NCBI GenBank assembly: GCA_013239625.1
Contig: MU053487.1
Coordinates: 2,377,058 to 2,441,057 of the forward strand
Length of the DNA: 64,000 nucleotides
Direction of reading: 5' to 3'
Origin: Lama guanicoe
Taxonomy: Eukaryota
The stretch's first letter is position 1. Each line of letters opens with the position of its first letter. Below, in pieces: positions 1 through 13,690 of the stretch. A program made the position numbers and the translations under genes. Under the pieces are notes generated by a model. The model worked only from the letters and a program-made list of their open reading frames with translations, was not told the DNA's origin and ran no database searches.

Positions 1-106
1 GTCAGTGATGCTCCAAGTGGCCTTCGTTGCTGGGGCTCCAGGGGGCAGCCTTGCATGCTTGTCCATGCAGTTTAGCCCCAGCCTTTCCACTCCTCATCCC
101 CTACCC

Positions 107-2222
107 ATTTGTTTTTATTGAAGTACAGTCAGTCACAATGTATCAGTTTCTGGTGTACAGCACAATGTCCCAGTCATGCATATACGTATTTAGATTCATT
201 TCATCTCCTTTTTCATTAAAGGTTATTATAAGATTGAATGTAGTTCCCTGTGCTATACATATGAAATTTGGTTTTTATCTGTGTTTATATATGGTAGCTA
301 ACATTTGGAAATCTCAGATTCCCAAATTTATCCCTTCCCACCTCTCTTTCCCCTAGTAACCATAAAATTGTTTACTATGTCTGTGATCCTGTTTCTGTTT
401 TGTAGATGAGTTCATTAGTGTCCTCTTTTTTTTTAAAGCTTCCACATATGAGTGATATCATATGGCATTTTTCTTTCTCTTTATGGCTTACTTCACTTAC
501 AATGACAATCTTCAGATCCATTCATGCTGCTGCAAATGGCATTATTTTATTCTTTTTTATGGCTGAGTAGTATTCCATTGTATAAATATACCACAGCTTC
601 TTTATCTAGTCATCTGTCGATGGACATTTAGGTTGCTTCCATGTCTTGGCTATTGTAAACTGTGCTACTATGAACATGTATTTTTTCAAATTAGAATTCC
701 CTCCAGATAAATGCCCAGGATTGCTGGATCATATGGTACATCTTTTTTTAGTTTTTTGAGGAATCTCCATACTGTTTTCCGTAATGGCTGCACCAAATAA
801 CATTCCCACCAGCAGTGTAGGAGGGCTCCCTTTTCTCCACAGCCTCTCCAGCATTTATCATTCATGGACTTTTGAATGGTGGCTATTCTGACTGGCGTGA
901 GGTGATATCTCATTGTAGTTTTGATTTGCATTTCTCTGATAATTGGTGATATTGAGCCTTTTTTTCATGTGCCTGTTGGCCATTTCTGTGTGTTCATTGA
1001 AGAGCTGCATTTTTATGTTTTCTGCCCATTTGTGTATTGGGTTGTTTGTTTGTTATTAAGTTGTATGAGCTGTTATATATATTCTGGAAATTAAATCTTT
1101 GTCAGTGGCATCATTTGCATATATTTTCTCCCATTCCGTAGGTTGTCATTTCGTTTTACTTATGGTTTCCTTTGCTGTGCAAAAGCTTGTAAGTTTAATT
1201 CAGTCCCATTTGTTAATTTTGCTTTTATTTCTATTGCTTGGGTAGACTGCCCTAGGAGAACATGGCTAAGATGTATGTCAGCGTGTTTTTCCTATGTTTT
1301 TTCCTAGGAGGTTTATCGTGTCATGTCTTAGTTTAAGCCATTTTGAGTTTATTTTTATTTCTGTGTAAGTTGTGAGGGAGTGTTCTAACTTCACTGATTT
1401 ACATGCTCCTGTCCCGTTTTCCCAGCACCACTTGCTGAAGAGACTGTCTTTTCTCCATTGTATATTCTTGCCTCCTTTGTCGAAGGTTAATTGACCATAG
1501 GTCTGTAGGTTTATTTTTGGGCTGTCTATTCTGTTCCACTGGTCCATATGTCTGTTTTTGTACCAATATCATGCTGCTGTGATTACTATCACTCTGTAGT
1601 ATTGTCTGAAAGTCTGGGAGGGTTATTCCTCCAGCTTCATCCTTTTTCTGCAGTATTGCTTTGGTAATTCTGGGTCTTTTGTGATTCCATATGAATTTTA
1701 GGATTATTTGTTCTAGTTCTGTGAAATATGTCATGGGTAGTTTGATAGGAATTACATTAAATCTGTAGTTTGCCTTAGTCAGCGTGACCATTTTCACAAT
1801 ATTGATTCTTCCAGTCCAAGAACATGGGATATCTTTCCATTTCTTTAAGTCCTCTTTAATTTCCTTAATCAAAGTGTTTTGTAGTTCTCCCCATATAAGT
1901 CTTTCACCTCCTTGGTCAGATTTGTTCCTAATATTTTACTGTTTTGGATGTGATTTTAAAAGGGATTATTTCTTTACTGTCTTTTCCTGCTATTTCATTC
2001 TTAGTGTAAAGAAATGCAACTGATTTTTGTATGTTAATCTTACATCCTGCTACCTTGCCGAATTCTTTTATCAGCTCTAGTAGTTTGTGTTTGGAGCCTT
2101 TAGGGTTTTCTATATATAGGATCATGTCATCTGCATATAGTGACAATTTTACCTCTTCTCTTGGTGTATTGGTGGGAGACGGTGAGCCAAGTGTCCTTCC
2201 ACTCCGCCATCTTGGCACCCCC
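107..2222 (-). mobile_element. LINE-1, internally deleted (short 5' end + 3' half of ORF2 + 3'UTR), frameshifted
   Basis: Minus-strand ORF pieces with L1 ORF2 motifs ([63 protein letters not shown]); AATAAA/A-tail near 107-119; CAAGATGGCGG at 2204-2214. Confidence 0.93.
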
Positions 2223-4399
2223 TTCCTCTTATCCATTTCTTAATTAAACAAGTTAAATTTCAACACTGCTATAAAATGTATGTCAAAAGAAATGAGTGGC
2301 CAGGGAGCAACTCAGTACCTTCTCTGCTGATCCGTACCCTCTTGAACAGCTGCTCAGACTCAGAAGCCCCTTGCCTTTTCTTGTCTCACTCACCGTGTGT
2401 CTGGATGCTTCCAGGAAGGCCTCAGATGGCCCTTCCTCGTTCCTTCTTTCTTTCCTTTGCACTCCGGGCCTTCGTGTGCGGGTGGGGAGAGGCATGACAT
2501 ATGTGTTCACGTGGGAAGGGTACACACTCGCTGTGACTAAGGTCTTGCCTGGTGTAGACCAGTTGGCTTCTGATTTCTGTTTCCATGAAGATTCACTCTC
2601 CTTGCTCTTTCCCTCAGTTACTGGCTTTCAGGCTGGGAGCTCTTAAAACCATTTAAAATAATTAAAGGGAGAGGGGGCTATTGCTTGATGTGTTTAGCAG
2701 TCTTCCTCACAGTTGCTTGAATTGACAGACTCCCTCAGATTTGGAATTGAATGAGTTTTCTTTAAGGCTTTGTAGTTCTCACACACAGCAGGATATTTAA
2801 AGTCATCATTTCAATAAATTTCGGAATAGTTGCCAACTTTTTCAGTGCAGGATAAAACTAACCTGCACCAAATTTGGTCAGGTTTGGAGTCCATTGCTGA
2901 GGCTGGATTGATAATCTAAATGTTCTAAAATTGTGTATTCATGCATGTTATCTCATTTAATTCTAAAATAGTCTAGGGAGGGAGGCATAGCAGTTACTGC
3001 TATCTCTGCTTTAAAGATAAGGAAATGGCATGGGAGATGAGCCTCAGAGGCTCCTGGCAGTTTAGTGGGAACTTCCTAGCAATGAAAAACTGGCCTGGGT
3101 ACCTGCCTTGTCAAGATGGGTCATTACTGGAGTGGCCTCAGCCGGAGGCTAGCCCAGGATTTAGATGCAAACCTAGGTCTGCTGCTGTGGGACAAGCACT
3201 GAGCCCTTAGGCTGAGGCTTTTTGCAGGCAGGCAGTGTAGGGTCTCACAGAGGGAGTCACTCGCTGTCTGGGTGTGGGGAGTGGAGTGAGCACTTCTTTG
3301 AAGCCTAGAGAACTCTGCTGAGGCTCCCGGCAGCCAGTGGGAAATGTGTTCATCTTTTGGGGATATCATTTCCCTGCTCTGTAAACTGTGCTCCTCTGCA
3401 GCCCTTACTGGACTGTTGTAATGAGCACCTGAGACCCGTGTGTAAGGGGAAGGGCCCCTGCCTCAGGTCCTGCCCACCGGCACCTGTTTATACCCACAGC
3501 CCCAAGCAGGAAGCTGGTGGTCTGAGTTGAATGCCATGTGGGGACTTCTCTGAAGCTCGGATTTGGGGAGGTGGGCCAAAACCTGGCTGCTACCTCACAG
3601 AACTGTGCCCCTGGCCCAGAATAGAAGTAAGATGCTTTCTGTTAAGGACACTCTTAGTTGCTCTCACTTGTGTGATTATTTCATCGTGGTTTCCAGCAGA
3701 GAGCCTTGCGTTGGGACGCAGGAGATCTTTGCTAAAGGAGTGACTGGGAGGGCGAGCCTGGGAATTTTTATTCTGAAGAGATATCAGAGTCGGAACCTTT
3801 ATCAGACATCTTTGTTGAGTCCATGGATTTACCTGCTCCTCTGGGCACACTTCCAATTAACAAACAAGGTTAATATCTGGCCCAGTGTCCAGTCACGTGT
3901 TCCATGGAATTAGGCTCATCTCGGATTAGTAATGACCAATTTACTTATCGCCAGTCACGTTATTTTGATCTGTTAATTAAGGAAGAGGAGGAATGTCGTA
4001 AATTATTTGCTATCACTTGAATCTGAAAATGTGCTTAACGTTTTGTTCTCAATTTTATTATATTTTCTTGGTCTTTGGTGAACAAACCAGGGCTTAAATG
4101 TACATATTCCCTATGGTTTGTCTCTAGATGACACTTTCTTTTGGTGCAGAAGATGAATTGAGCAAGCATTAGTTGAGTGTCTTCTGTACAGAAGTGCGCT
4201 GTACCAGGCCTGGAGGCAGAAAATGCACTGAGTGGGTTCAAACCCCCGTCTTGAAGAATGCCATGGGGTTGTGAGGGTTGTTTAGTAAGTTGCCGGCTGT
4301 AACATACGGTGGGTGAGAGATGTTCTAGAACAGAGACAGAAGGCTCCGTCAGCCAGGGTGATGGGGTGACATCTGCCTGGGAGGGCTTCTCAGTCAGCT

Positions 4400-4860
4400 C
4401 AGGCTACAGCCAGACGCCGTGGTGCCCGGGGGCTGCGCATGGGGCCGGCAGGAACCAGAGGATGCCCGCCCTTCCCCGGGGCGGCTTTACTTGCCGCTTC
4501 TCGGAACACTGTGCTGAGACCCACGGCCTCATCATGAACTCCGATATGGGGTTTGGCCTGGAAGCACAGACGATTTTGTCCTGTTTTGCTGCTGGCAGAA
4601 CGACGGGGAGGTGCCCCGCGACCTCCAGTGCGGTGGGCGTAGTCAGCGGAGGAGTGAAGCACAGGTGCTTGAGGTCCTGGTCGGAGGCCGCGGCGGTGCG
4701 GGTGCGCGTGCGCGGAGCGCGGGGAGGAAACGCCCCGCCTGCGCTCCGTCGCTCTGTCGCCCTCCCTGGAGGGAGCCCCGTGCGGGGAGCGGCCGCCCCC
4801 GCCTCCCCCGACCCCCGGCCAGGCTGTGCTTCGCTTCGGTGGCTGTGGGCACATCAGAGC
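4400..4860. promoter_or_regulatory. CpG-island-like segment in MLH1 intron 13 (core ~4600-4840)
   Basis: Very high GC and CpG density; NRF1 consensus at 4703-4714; GC boxes (ccccgcct). Confidence 0.6.
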
Positions 4861-5404
4861 TGCGTTGGAAAATCTGCATGGAAAAAATCTCTGACCCTTT
4901 TTGAGTGGATTACATCGATTCTCTTTCCTCCAGTGCCTCATTATTCAAGATTATTTGATGTCCTCCAGCTTTTAAAATAATTACTTTCCGCCTACGCAGA
5001 ACATCCTGTAGAGACATTGAGTTTCCAGTGGGAACAGAGGGGAACATTTATTCTAAAAAATGAGAAAAATAAGCCTCTTTTTAAGGGGGGAGCAGAGACT
5101 TGCAGAACTTATGTAATAACGTGAGAACTCACGTGCGATGCCCAACCTTGACAAAAGGTATAGTGAAAATGTGATGTACGGGCTTACTGCTGTCCCAGAC
5201 CCTGGCCCCGTTGTCTCCAAACCCTGTCCCCCGTCCCCTCTGTGGTGCTGGTGTGTTTACTTCTTTCATTAAGTGTATGTGTATGTACACGTACACACAC
5301 GCGTGCAGATATATGTTAGTAGATGCGAAATCATGTTTATAAAACATAAGTGGGATCTACAGGAGAAAACATGAGAATACCTGCTTAAAGAAACAGCACA
5401 GAGA

Positions 5405-5554
5405 GGGGAGGGTATAGCTCAGTGGTAGAGCGCGTGCTCAGCGTGCACGAGGTCCTGGGTTCCATCCCCAGTACCTTCATAAAATAAATAAACCTAGTTA
5501 CCTCCCCTCTTCAAAAAATAAATTACATAAAAATAAACTAATTTCAAAAAAGAA
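5405..5554 (+). mobile_element. tRNA-derived SINE (vic-1-like, camelid)
   Basis: GGGGAGGGTATAGCTCAGTGGTAGAGC (A box) ... GGGTTCCATCCCCAGTACC (B box), A-rich tail, flanking direct repeats aaagaaacagcacagag / aaaggaacagcacgag. Confidence 0.88.
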
Positions 5555-7539
5555 AAAGGAACAGCACGAGCCATCCCCAGTGCAGCCCTGTGCCCCCCTT
5601 CCCTGTCCCAGACCCTCTCACCTCCCTCAGGATGACTACGACCCAGTGTTTTGTGACTGTTGTGTCCTTTTATTATAGTTTCACCACATGCATATGTAGC
5701 CCTATGAAATCTGTTATCTAGTTTTAAGTATTAAATTTTAGATAAAGGGAATTACACTGTATTTATCTGCAATGTATATAAATACACACACACGTTCCTA
5801 AAATTCATCCATCCTGTTACATATGCTCTGGTTTACTTTCTCTGTTTGTGGTGGATTCCACTTCACGACTCTGCCACGTGTTCAGTCATTCATTCTGCTG
5901 TGGAAGGACGTGTGGGGGCCTCAGGTGGCCTCAGCCCTGCCCTCCCTGCCCCTTCCCCTGCCCCTTCCCCAGACCTGAGTGGGTCAGGAACTTGGCACCC
6001 TGGCGGGGAGGCTCTGTGCAGGGAGTCCGCTTACCTGGAGTTACGCTGACTTGTGAAATGACAGATTGTCTTCCGAAGAGGGGTTGCTCAGTGGGTGGTC
6101 CCACCCACAGTGCAGAGAATTGCTCTGCTCTGCTTTTTCTCCAGTGTTTGATATTGTCAGACTTTTTATCACTTTGGTGTTGGTGAAAGGGTATCTGATG
6201 GTGGTTTTTATTTGCGTTTCCCTGGTTACTGATGAAGCTGAGTAAGTATACGTCCTCTGTTAAGTGCCTGTTCAAGCTTTTTGTTTCCTTTGCTGTTGGC
6301 TTTTTAGTCTCTGACTTCAGGAGGTTGTTTTTTGGGTTTTTTTTTTCTAGATAGTAATCAGTTACGTGAAAATATCTTCCCTCAGTTTAGGGCTCATGTG
6401 GTATGTTTTTTATGAAAAGAAATTCTTAGATTTAATGTAGGCAGATTTTGAGTTCTTACAGATTGGCTTTTTAAATCTTATTCAGGAAGTTTTTTCTAAC
6501 TCTGGGATAATTAAATATATGCTCTTACATTGTCGCCTAAAATGCTTCTATTTAAATCTTAGTCCCCCTGGAATTTATTTTTGGTGTGCGGTGGTAAACT
6601 CACAGTTTCCATGTGAGTAACTGTTCCATTCCATGTGGTTATTGTCAGCTTGTTTGGATTTAGCCATTGTCATTTGCTCGTGATTCTTTCCCTCAGACTT
6701 TTCATGGTCTGCCCTCAGCACCTCCTTCGGTGGGGCCTGGGATGGCAAACTGGGTTTTGCTTCGTCCAGTTCATCCTTACTTTGTTAAGTTTCTTTGCTG
6801 GGTTTAAAATTCCAGATTGGCAGTTATTTTTTCTTAGTGCATTGAAGGTGTTATTCTGTCGATCTTGGGCTTCTGCTCTTACTGTTGAAAATTCAGCTGT
6901 CAGTCTTGTATTTTGGTACTTTGTGGAGTAATCTCTCTCTTACCTCTGAGTGCTTTTCAGATCTCTTTTCTTTAGTGCCCTGCAGTTTCTCTGTGTGGCA
7001 GATGTGGATTTTGTTGGGCTTTGTAGAGCTGAGGCTTGGTACCTTGTCATCACCGCTGGGATATTCTCTGATACTTTGTCTTGAGAGTCTTCAGTGATTG
7101 TCTCTCCCCTGTGCCCTGCCCCTTCTGGGACCTGAGTTACGTATTTATTCGCCTCCACGTTGCCTAGTAAGCACTCATTCCTATTTCCCTTTCTTTGTCT
7201 CTGTGCTGCATTCTGGATAATTTCTTTAGATCTACCTTCCCATTAATTACCTTACCAACTTTGTCTATTCTGTCAGTCTATCTTGATTTTAATTTCAGTT
7301 ATTATCCTTTTTATTTTTAGAAATTTTATTTGATTCTCTTGGAAATCTCCTTGATCATTTTTAATATAAATTATTGTTACTTTTGTTTTAATTTTTAAGG
7401 TTGAGTCAAAATAAAATTATTTTTCCCATTGTTTACCACGAAATTTTGATCCCCATTAGTATATTAAAATACAGAAGACCTCGTGTCACGTGACCTTGCC
7501 GAAGGTGCAGATGGAGACATCTCCACTTTCTTCCTCTCA

Positions 7540-8135
7540 TATTTTTATACTGTTGCCTTTCCTTGCTTCATTACAGTGGTTGGGCCCCCCTAGTACAAGG
7601 TCAAATGGAATGAGTAAATGTGGCCATTTGTTATCTTGTTCTCCATTGTGGAAAGAATGCATTCAGTATTTGACCATCAGTCGTGATGTTCATTGTAAGT
7701 TTTTCAGAGATGCCCTTTTCAGATTTAGAGAGTTATTTTCTATTCTTAGTTTGCTGAGAGTTTTCAATTATAAATGGTTGTTACCAAACAATTTTTCCAA
7801 ATCCATTAAAATGTTAAAATGATCATGTGATATTTCTCATTTATTCTGTTAATATGGTGAGATTTTTCCAAATGCTAAATCAGCTTTGCATTCCTGGCCC
7901 GATTCCTACTTGGTAACGATACATTATTCTTTTTCTTTTTAATGTTGCTGGATTTAAGTTGCTGATGTTCTGTTAAGGATTTTTGCATCTATGACCATGA
8001 AGGATATTGGTCTAAAGTTTTCCTTTTTTAAAATGTTTTCCTAGGTTTGGTATTAGGGTTGTGCTGGCCTTGTGAGGTAGGAATTATTCCTCCTTCCTCT
8101 ATTTTTTGAAAGAGTTTATGTAAGATTGGTGTTAT
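7540..8135 (-). mobile_element. Old L1 (L1M-type) ORF2 fragment
   Basis: Degenerate antisense L1 motifs (gatttttgcatctatg, ggtttggtattagggttgtgctggcc). Confidence 0.7.
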
Positions 8136-8139
8136 TTCT

Positions 8140-8485
8140 TTTTTTTAAATTGAACTATAGTTGATTTACAATACTGTGTTTCAGGTGTACAGCAAAATGA
8201 TTCAGTTTTTTTATATATATGTATATATTCTTTTCAGATTCTTTTCTATTATATTTATTATAAGATATTGAATATAGTTCCTTGTGCTATACAGGAAATC
8301 CTTGTTCTTTATCTTTTTTTTGTATAGTAGTTTGTTGACGGCAGACTCCTATTTTATGCCCCTACTCACTTTCCCCTCTGGTAACCATAAGTTTGTTTTC
8401 TGTGTCTATGAGTCTGTTTCTGTTTTGTAAGTTCGTTTATACTACTTTTTAGATTACACATATAAGTGATAATATTTGTCTTTCC
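8140..8485 (-). mobile_element. 5'-truncated L1 3' end (artiodactyl type)
   Basis: T-run followed by attgaactatagttgatttacaata...tcaggtgtacagcaaaatgattcag; similar to the 3'UTR at 107-480. Confidence 0.8.
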
Positions 8486-9223
8486 TTGATCATTCTTTAT
8501 AGTCTCCTGCTACTTCTCAATGTTTTAATACCTCTTCAGCATACAGAACATACTTAGTTTATCATCTTTGTTGATTTTTCCAATCTCTAAAACCTTGGCA
8601 GGTACAATTCTGTGATTTCTTCTGGATTCCAGTTCATGGTGCCTAGTTTCTTTGCGTGTTTTGTAGTTTTTTGACCACTAGTTCCTGGTACTTTATCTGT
8701 GAAGAGTTATTTGAAGTCTGAATCAAAGACGAATTTCTCCAGAGTGAATTTGCATTTGACTCTATCAGGAACAGTGAGCCTGGAGTCAGCTTAAACTGAA
8801 ATCTCCACTTGAGGTTTTCAGGCAACCTGCTTAGCGTGAACTCTGGCTGCCAGTGGTCTCCTATCACAATCACCATTTCACACCATCCCTGGGCTTTTGT
8901 TTTTCATTTTCTACACCTCAGAGTCCGCAGAAACTGAAGTTCATGATTCCTGTGGTTCCTCTGGTGTCTTTAGATACAGCTGGCTTCAGAGCTCTCGTTA
9001 CTTCTCTGGCTTCCTGCTTTGTCTTGGATTGTAATCTTTGAGTGTTCCTTAATCTTCTGGTAGTTCCAGGTTGCATTTTGAAAGATGAGTTCTGACTTAC
9101 TCCTCATTTGTGTTTGTTTTCAGCAAGAGGCTCAGTTTGGGCATCTTGGCTTGTCTGTCCCCTCTAGTCACAGCGCTTGGTGCTTTGGGCGGCGGAGAGG
9201 TGTGGGTGGGATGCCGATACTGA

Positions 9224-9352
<129 letters not shown>

Positions 9353-9436
9353 TAAATCAGCGTGTACGTGGGAAAGGCAGAGCTCCTAGGGAGCGATCCT
9401 GGAGGCACAGGCGGGAAACCGGGGAGAACAAGATGA

Positions 9437-9670
9437 TGTAGTTGGAAAGGGCCCTGGCTTTGGAGTCACACAGATGTGGTTTCACATCTGGGTTTAACCA
9501 TTTCCCATTGATGTAACCATGGACAAGTTACTTTCCTAACTTGCGTCTCAGATTTTCTCATCTGTAAATTTGGGGTATTGCTACTTAACTTGCAGGATTT
9601 TGTAAAGATAAAATGACATGAGATACCTAGGATTTGGTAGGTGCCTGGAGCTCAGTAAATGTTGGCTGCT
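9437..9670 (+). mobile_element. MIR SINE
   Basis: ggctttggagtca...ggacaagttact...tctcagattttctcatctgtaaa...ctcagtaaatgttggctg. Confidence 0.75.
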
Positions 9671-11271
9671 GTGAACCGGGTGTGGAGGACTTGGTGCTGG
9701 TGGAGAATTCTAGCATCTGCGGGGTACAGCAGGGGGCTGGGGGGGGTGCAGGAGGAAGGAGACCTGATGCCTCCTTTCTGCCCGGCTTTGGGGATGTAGT
9801 GGAGGCCTGTTCCAGCCGCCAGAGAGCCAGCGGGGTTGATGAGCGCACGAAGGGTGAGCCCCGCAGTGCTGTTCGCCCAGCACTTAACCAGCACTTAGCC
9901 AGCAATATCTCCACTGACTGTTTCCAGGGACCTTGGTGGATGGCTCCTGTCGAGTCTAGAACCTACATTATGCATTCTTGAATCAGTAGTATGGATGAGA
10001 GGGTGCTGCCACCCGGTGTCCAGTGGACATTGTCACTTGTCCATCGTGGGACTGTTTCCCACTAAGCCTTGCTGTGGCCTCACAGTGCTGCTTGGCCCTG
10101 TGAGTGGGGCGGCCCCCGTACATTGCTTAGAGTTGGCACAAGGGATTAAAAACCCATTTCACCCCCCTAACCTGGAACCTGGCCCACTCCGGAAACTTAG
10201 TGCCAGCACACCTACCTGCAGGATGTTTGGGACTCCTTCCTCCTAGGCTTGGATACCGTTTTGGTGCAGCTCTGCTCAGGGGCATCGTCTTTGCCTTGAG
10301 AACCTGTGGGCTTGCACAGTGAGCTGACGTCTACTGATTTGTTGGGGAATTTTGCTCCCCTTTTTTCTCTCTCAGTGCGTCTAAGAGCATGATCTCCAAG
10401 GTGCCACATCACAGTTGTTCAGGTCCTTCATTTCACAGGTACAAATCCAAGCCAGTCCCAGAATCTCAGCTCCCGATACAGTGTGAACAGTTTCCCAGGG
10501 AGACAGTGAACCACGTTGAGAGTGCAGTCTCTAGACTGAATTCCTGCCCTTCCCACTTTCCTGACTCTGCCCCGGGACGCGGCAGTCACTGCGTGGGTGT
10601 CTCAGTGTCCCTGCTGTAACGCACCCAGAGCTGATGCTTTCTCTCCTTTGATAAGGAAAAGAAGGCTTTAAACAAGACCCCTGTGGTTCAGATCACTTTC
10701 ACAGCCACTGAGTATCACTTACTTCGATTCTGAGTTTTTGTAAGTAGTTCAGTGTATCGTATACTTCGCAGCTGCTTTTGGAACGTTGCCAGCCAGTGCA
10801 TAAACCCTACATACACCAGAGTCGTCTCATTCTGCCTTATGTTCACTTCTCATTACATAGGCATCTCCCTCCCCTCCCTGTGAGTCCCATGTTTTTTAAA
10901 TGGCGAGTTGTAGAAGAAGTGATTTATGGGATTCTTTTCAAGTGAGGAAAAGCTAAGCAAGCAAAAATTTAACCTTATCACTACTGGGTGTCAAAACCTT
11001 TCACAACACCAGGGGGTGGGGACAGAGCATGGGTGGTGACAAGCCAGATGTAGTCCTAGTGCTCTGACCTGAGGCGGAGACCGGCCACCATAGCCCCGGC
11101 CGGGGCCCCCGCTGGAGCCCTGGCTCCTGGTGGAACAGCAAGTCCCAGTGGATGGTTAGAAAGGCCCCAAATGAGGCAGAACATCTCTGTCCCCTCCACG
11201 TGTCAGGTTCTCTCTCCCGTCTTGTCCCTCCTGCTTGGCTCTCAAGCATGGATTACTCAGCTCTTCCTTAA

Positions 11272-11385
<114 letters not shown>

Positions 11386-11759
11386 TGAAATTTCAACAGC
11401 TGGTCATTTCTGAAAATAATAGCTCTACCTTGATATCTTATTTGTGGTGTATTACATTTTTCTGTATGATTTGGCTATGGAATTATCTTTATAATCCAGT
11501 TTTACACAAAGCAGAACAGTCATTTGGTAGCCAACTTAAATGTTTATTATTATTATAGGAATTGATACATATCTACTTAAGAAAGCTGGGAAAGCGATAA
11601 AAATAGAAATAAACATTCTCGAGAGCCCATGACCCAAACACAACCCCAGCTAACAATTTTAATCCATTTCTTTCAAGACTCTGTCATTGCCCAATTTTAA
11701 TTCAGAGTTAAAACCCTACTGCTTACCTATGTAGTTTCAGATCTTTTTATGTTTGAAAT

Positions 11760-13690
11760 AGTCTACAGAAAGCCTTCTGGAATTTTTATTGGGACTGTGT
11801 TGAATCTGTAGGTCAATTTGGGGAGAAAATCTTTTATTACATTTATCACTTAATATTTCAGTTTTTTTGATGCTATTGTAAATGGCATTTTTTTAAAAAA
11901 ATTGCCAATTGTTGCTAGTATATATAAATAGAAGTGTTTTGGTGCATTAATCTTGTATCTTGCAACCTTGTTAAACTCATTTATTGATTCTATCAAATTT
12001 TCTGCATAGATGATCATAGAATCCGTGACTAAAGACATTTTTATTCTTTCCTGTCCACTCTGAATGCCTCTTCCTTTCTCTTGCTTGATTGTACTGGCAA
12101 GGACCTTAGTACAAGGTTGAGCAGAAGTGGTGAGAATGGAAATCCTTCTCTTATTCCTGATCTCAGGGGGAAAGTGTTCAATCTTTGACCATGAAGTACA
12201 CTTTCTGCCGTAGGCAGGCAGGGTTTTGTCTGTGAACCTTATGAGACTGAGGAGGTTCCCTTCGATTCCTTGTATGTTTGGAGTTTTTATTCAGGAATGG
12301 ATGCTGAATTGTTTCAGGTGGTTTTTCTGCATCTGTTCAGATAATTGTATGGTTTTCCTTTTTTTGTTAATATAGTGAATTACATTGATTGATTTTCATA
12401 TATTAAACCAGTCTTGCATTCCTGCAATGAACTCTGCTTGTACATGGCATATTGTGCTTTTTATATATTATTGGAATTGATTTGCCAAAATTTTGTTTCC
12501 AACTCTTCCATCTATATTCATGAATGATACTGGTTTGTAGGTTTCTTATCTTTGTCTGGCTTTGGTATCAGGGTAATGCTGGCCTCAGAGAATGAGTTGG
12601 GAAATACTTCCTCCTTTTCTGTCTTCCAAAAAAGTTAGTGTAGAATTGTTTATTCCTTAAATGTTTGGTAGAATTCACCAGTGAAGCCATCCAGGCCTGG
12701 AGTGTCCCTCTTGGGAATATATTTGACTAAAATTCAATTTCTTTCATAGATATAAGAGCTGTTCATGTTAACTGTTTCTTCTTGAGTGAGCTTTAGTATT
12801 GGGTTTCTTTCAAGGAATTTGTCCATTTAGGTTTGAAATCTATTGGCATAAAATTGTTCATAATTTTTATTACTATTTTGACATCTGTAGCTCTGTGGTG
12901 ATGTAGTCTCTGTCATTCCTAATACTGGTAATGGATGTCTTCTCCTTTTAACTCGATCATTCTGGCTGAAGGTTTGTGAATCTGATCTCAACTGACTTCA
13001 GGTTTCATTGATTTTTCTCTGTTGCTTTCTGATTTCCATTTCATTGATACCTGCTCTGATCTTTCTTTTCTTCTATTTATTTTAGGTTTAATTTGTTCTT
13101 CTGTTTCAGAAGCTGAGGTCCCTGCTCTGAGACCTTCCCTAGGGGGGGTGTCGCGTGCTCACCATCTCCCCAGGTGCTCCTTTGCCAGCTTCCTGCACAT
13201 TTTGATGAGTTGTTTTCATTTTCATTCAGTTCAAAATAATTTCCCTTTTGATTTCTTCTTCGACCCTCACATTTTTTACAAGTATATTACTTAGTTTCTA
13301 ATTACTTGAGGATTTTCCAGAGATCTGTTAATTGACTTCTAATTTAATTCCATTTTTGTCAGAGAACATATTTGAATCCTTTTATACTTATCAAGACTGG
13401 CTTGTTTTATGGCCCAGAATTTGATCTGTGTTTGTAAATGTTCCATGTGCACTTGAAAAGAATTTGTATTCTGGTCTTGTTGGGTAGAATGTTCTGTAAT
13501 GGCATGTATATCAAGTTAATAGTGACGCTCAAGTCTTCTGCACCCTGATTTTCTGTCTACTTGTTCCATCAATTACCGGGAAAGGGGTCTTTGAAGCCTC
13601 CAAATGTAATTGTGTCTATTTCTCTTCCACGTTCTGTTTTATCCTTTATATATTTTAAAGCTCTGTTATTGAGTGCATAAACAGAATTGT
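11760..13690 (-). mobile_element. Old L1 (L1M-type) ORF2 fragments
   Basis: ORF piece DSMIIYAENLIESINEFNKVARYKIN; ggtagaattcaccagtgaagccatc; gttccatgtgcacttgaaaagaat. Confidence 0.8.

Noticed and set aside
4309..4980. 223-aa ORF on + and overlapping 180-aa ORF on -
   Set aside because: Open frames on both strands are expected in very GC-rich DNA. There is no recognisable domain and the composition is low-complexity.
5405..5478. Possible tRNA gene (A and B boxes)
   Set aside because: An A-rich tail, target-site duplications and diverged sibling copies identify it as a SINE.
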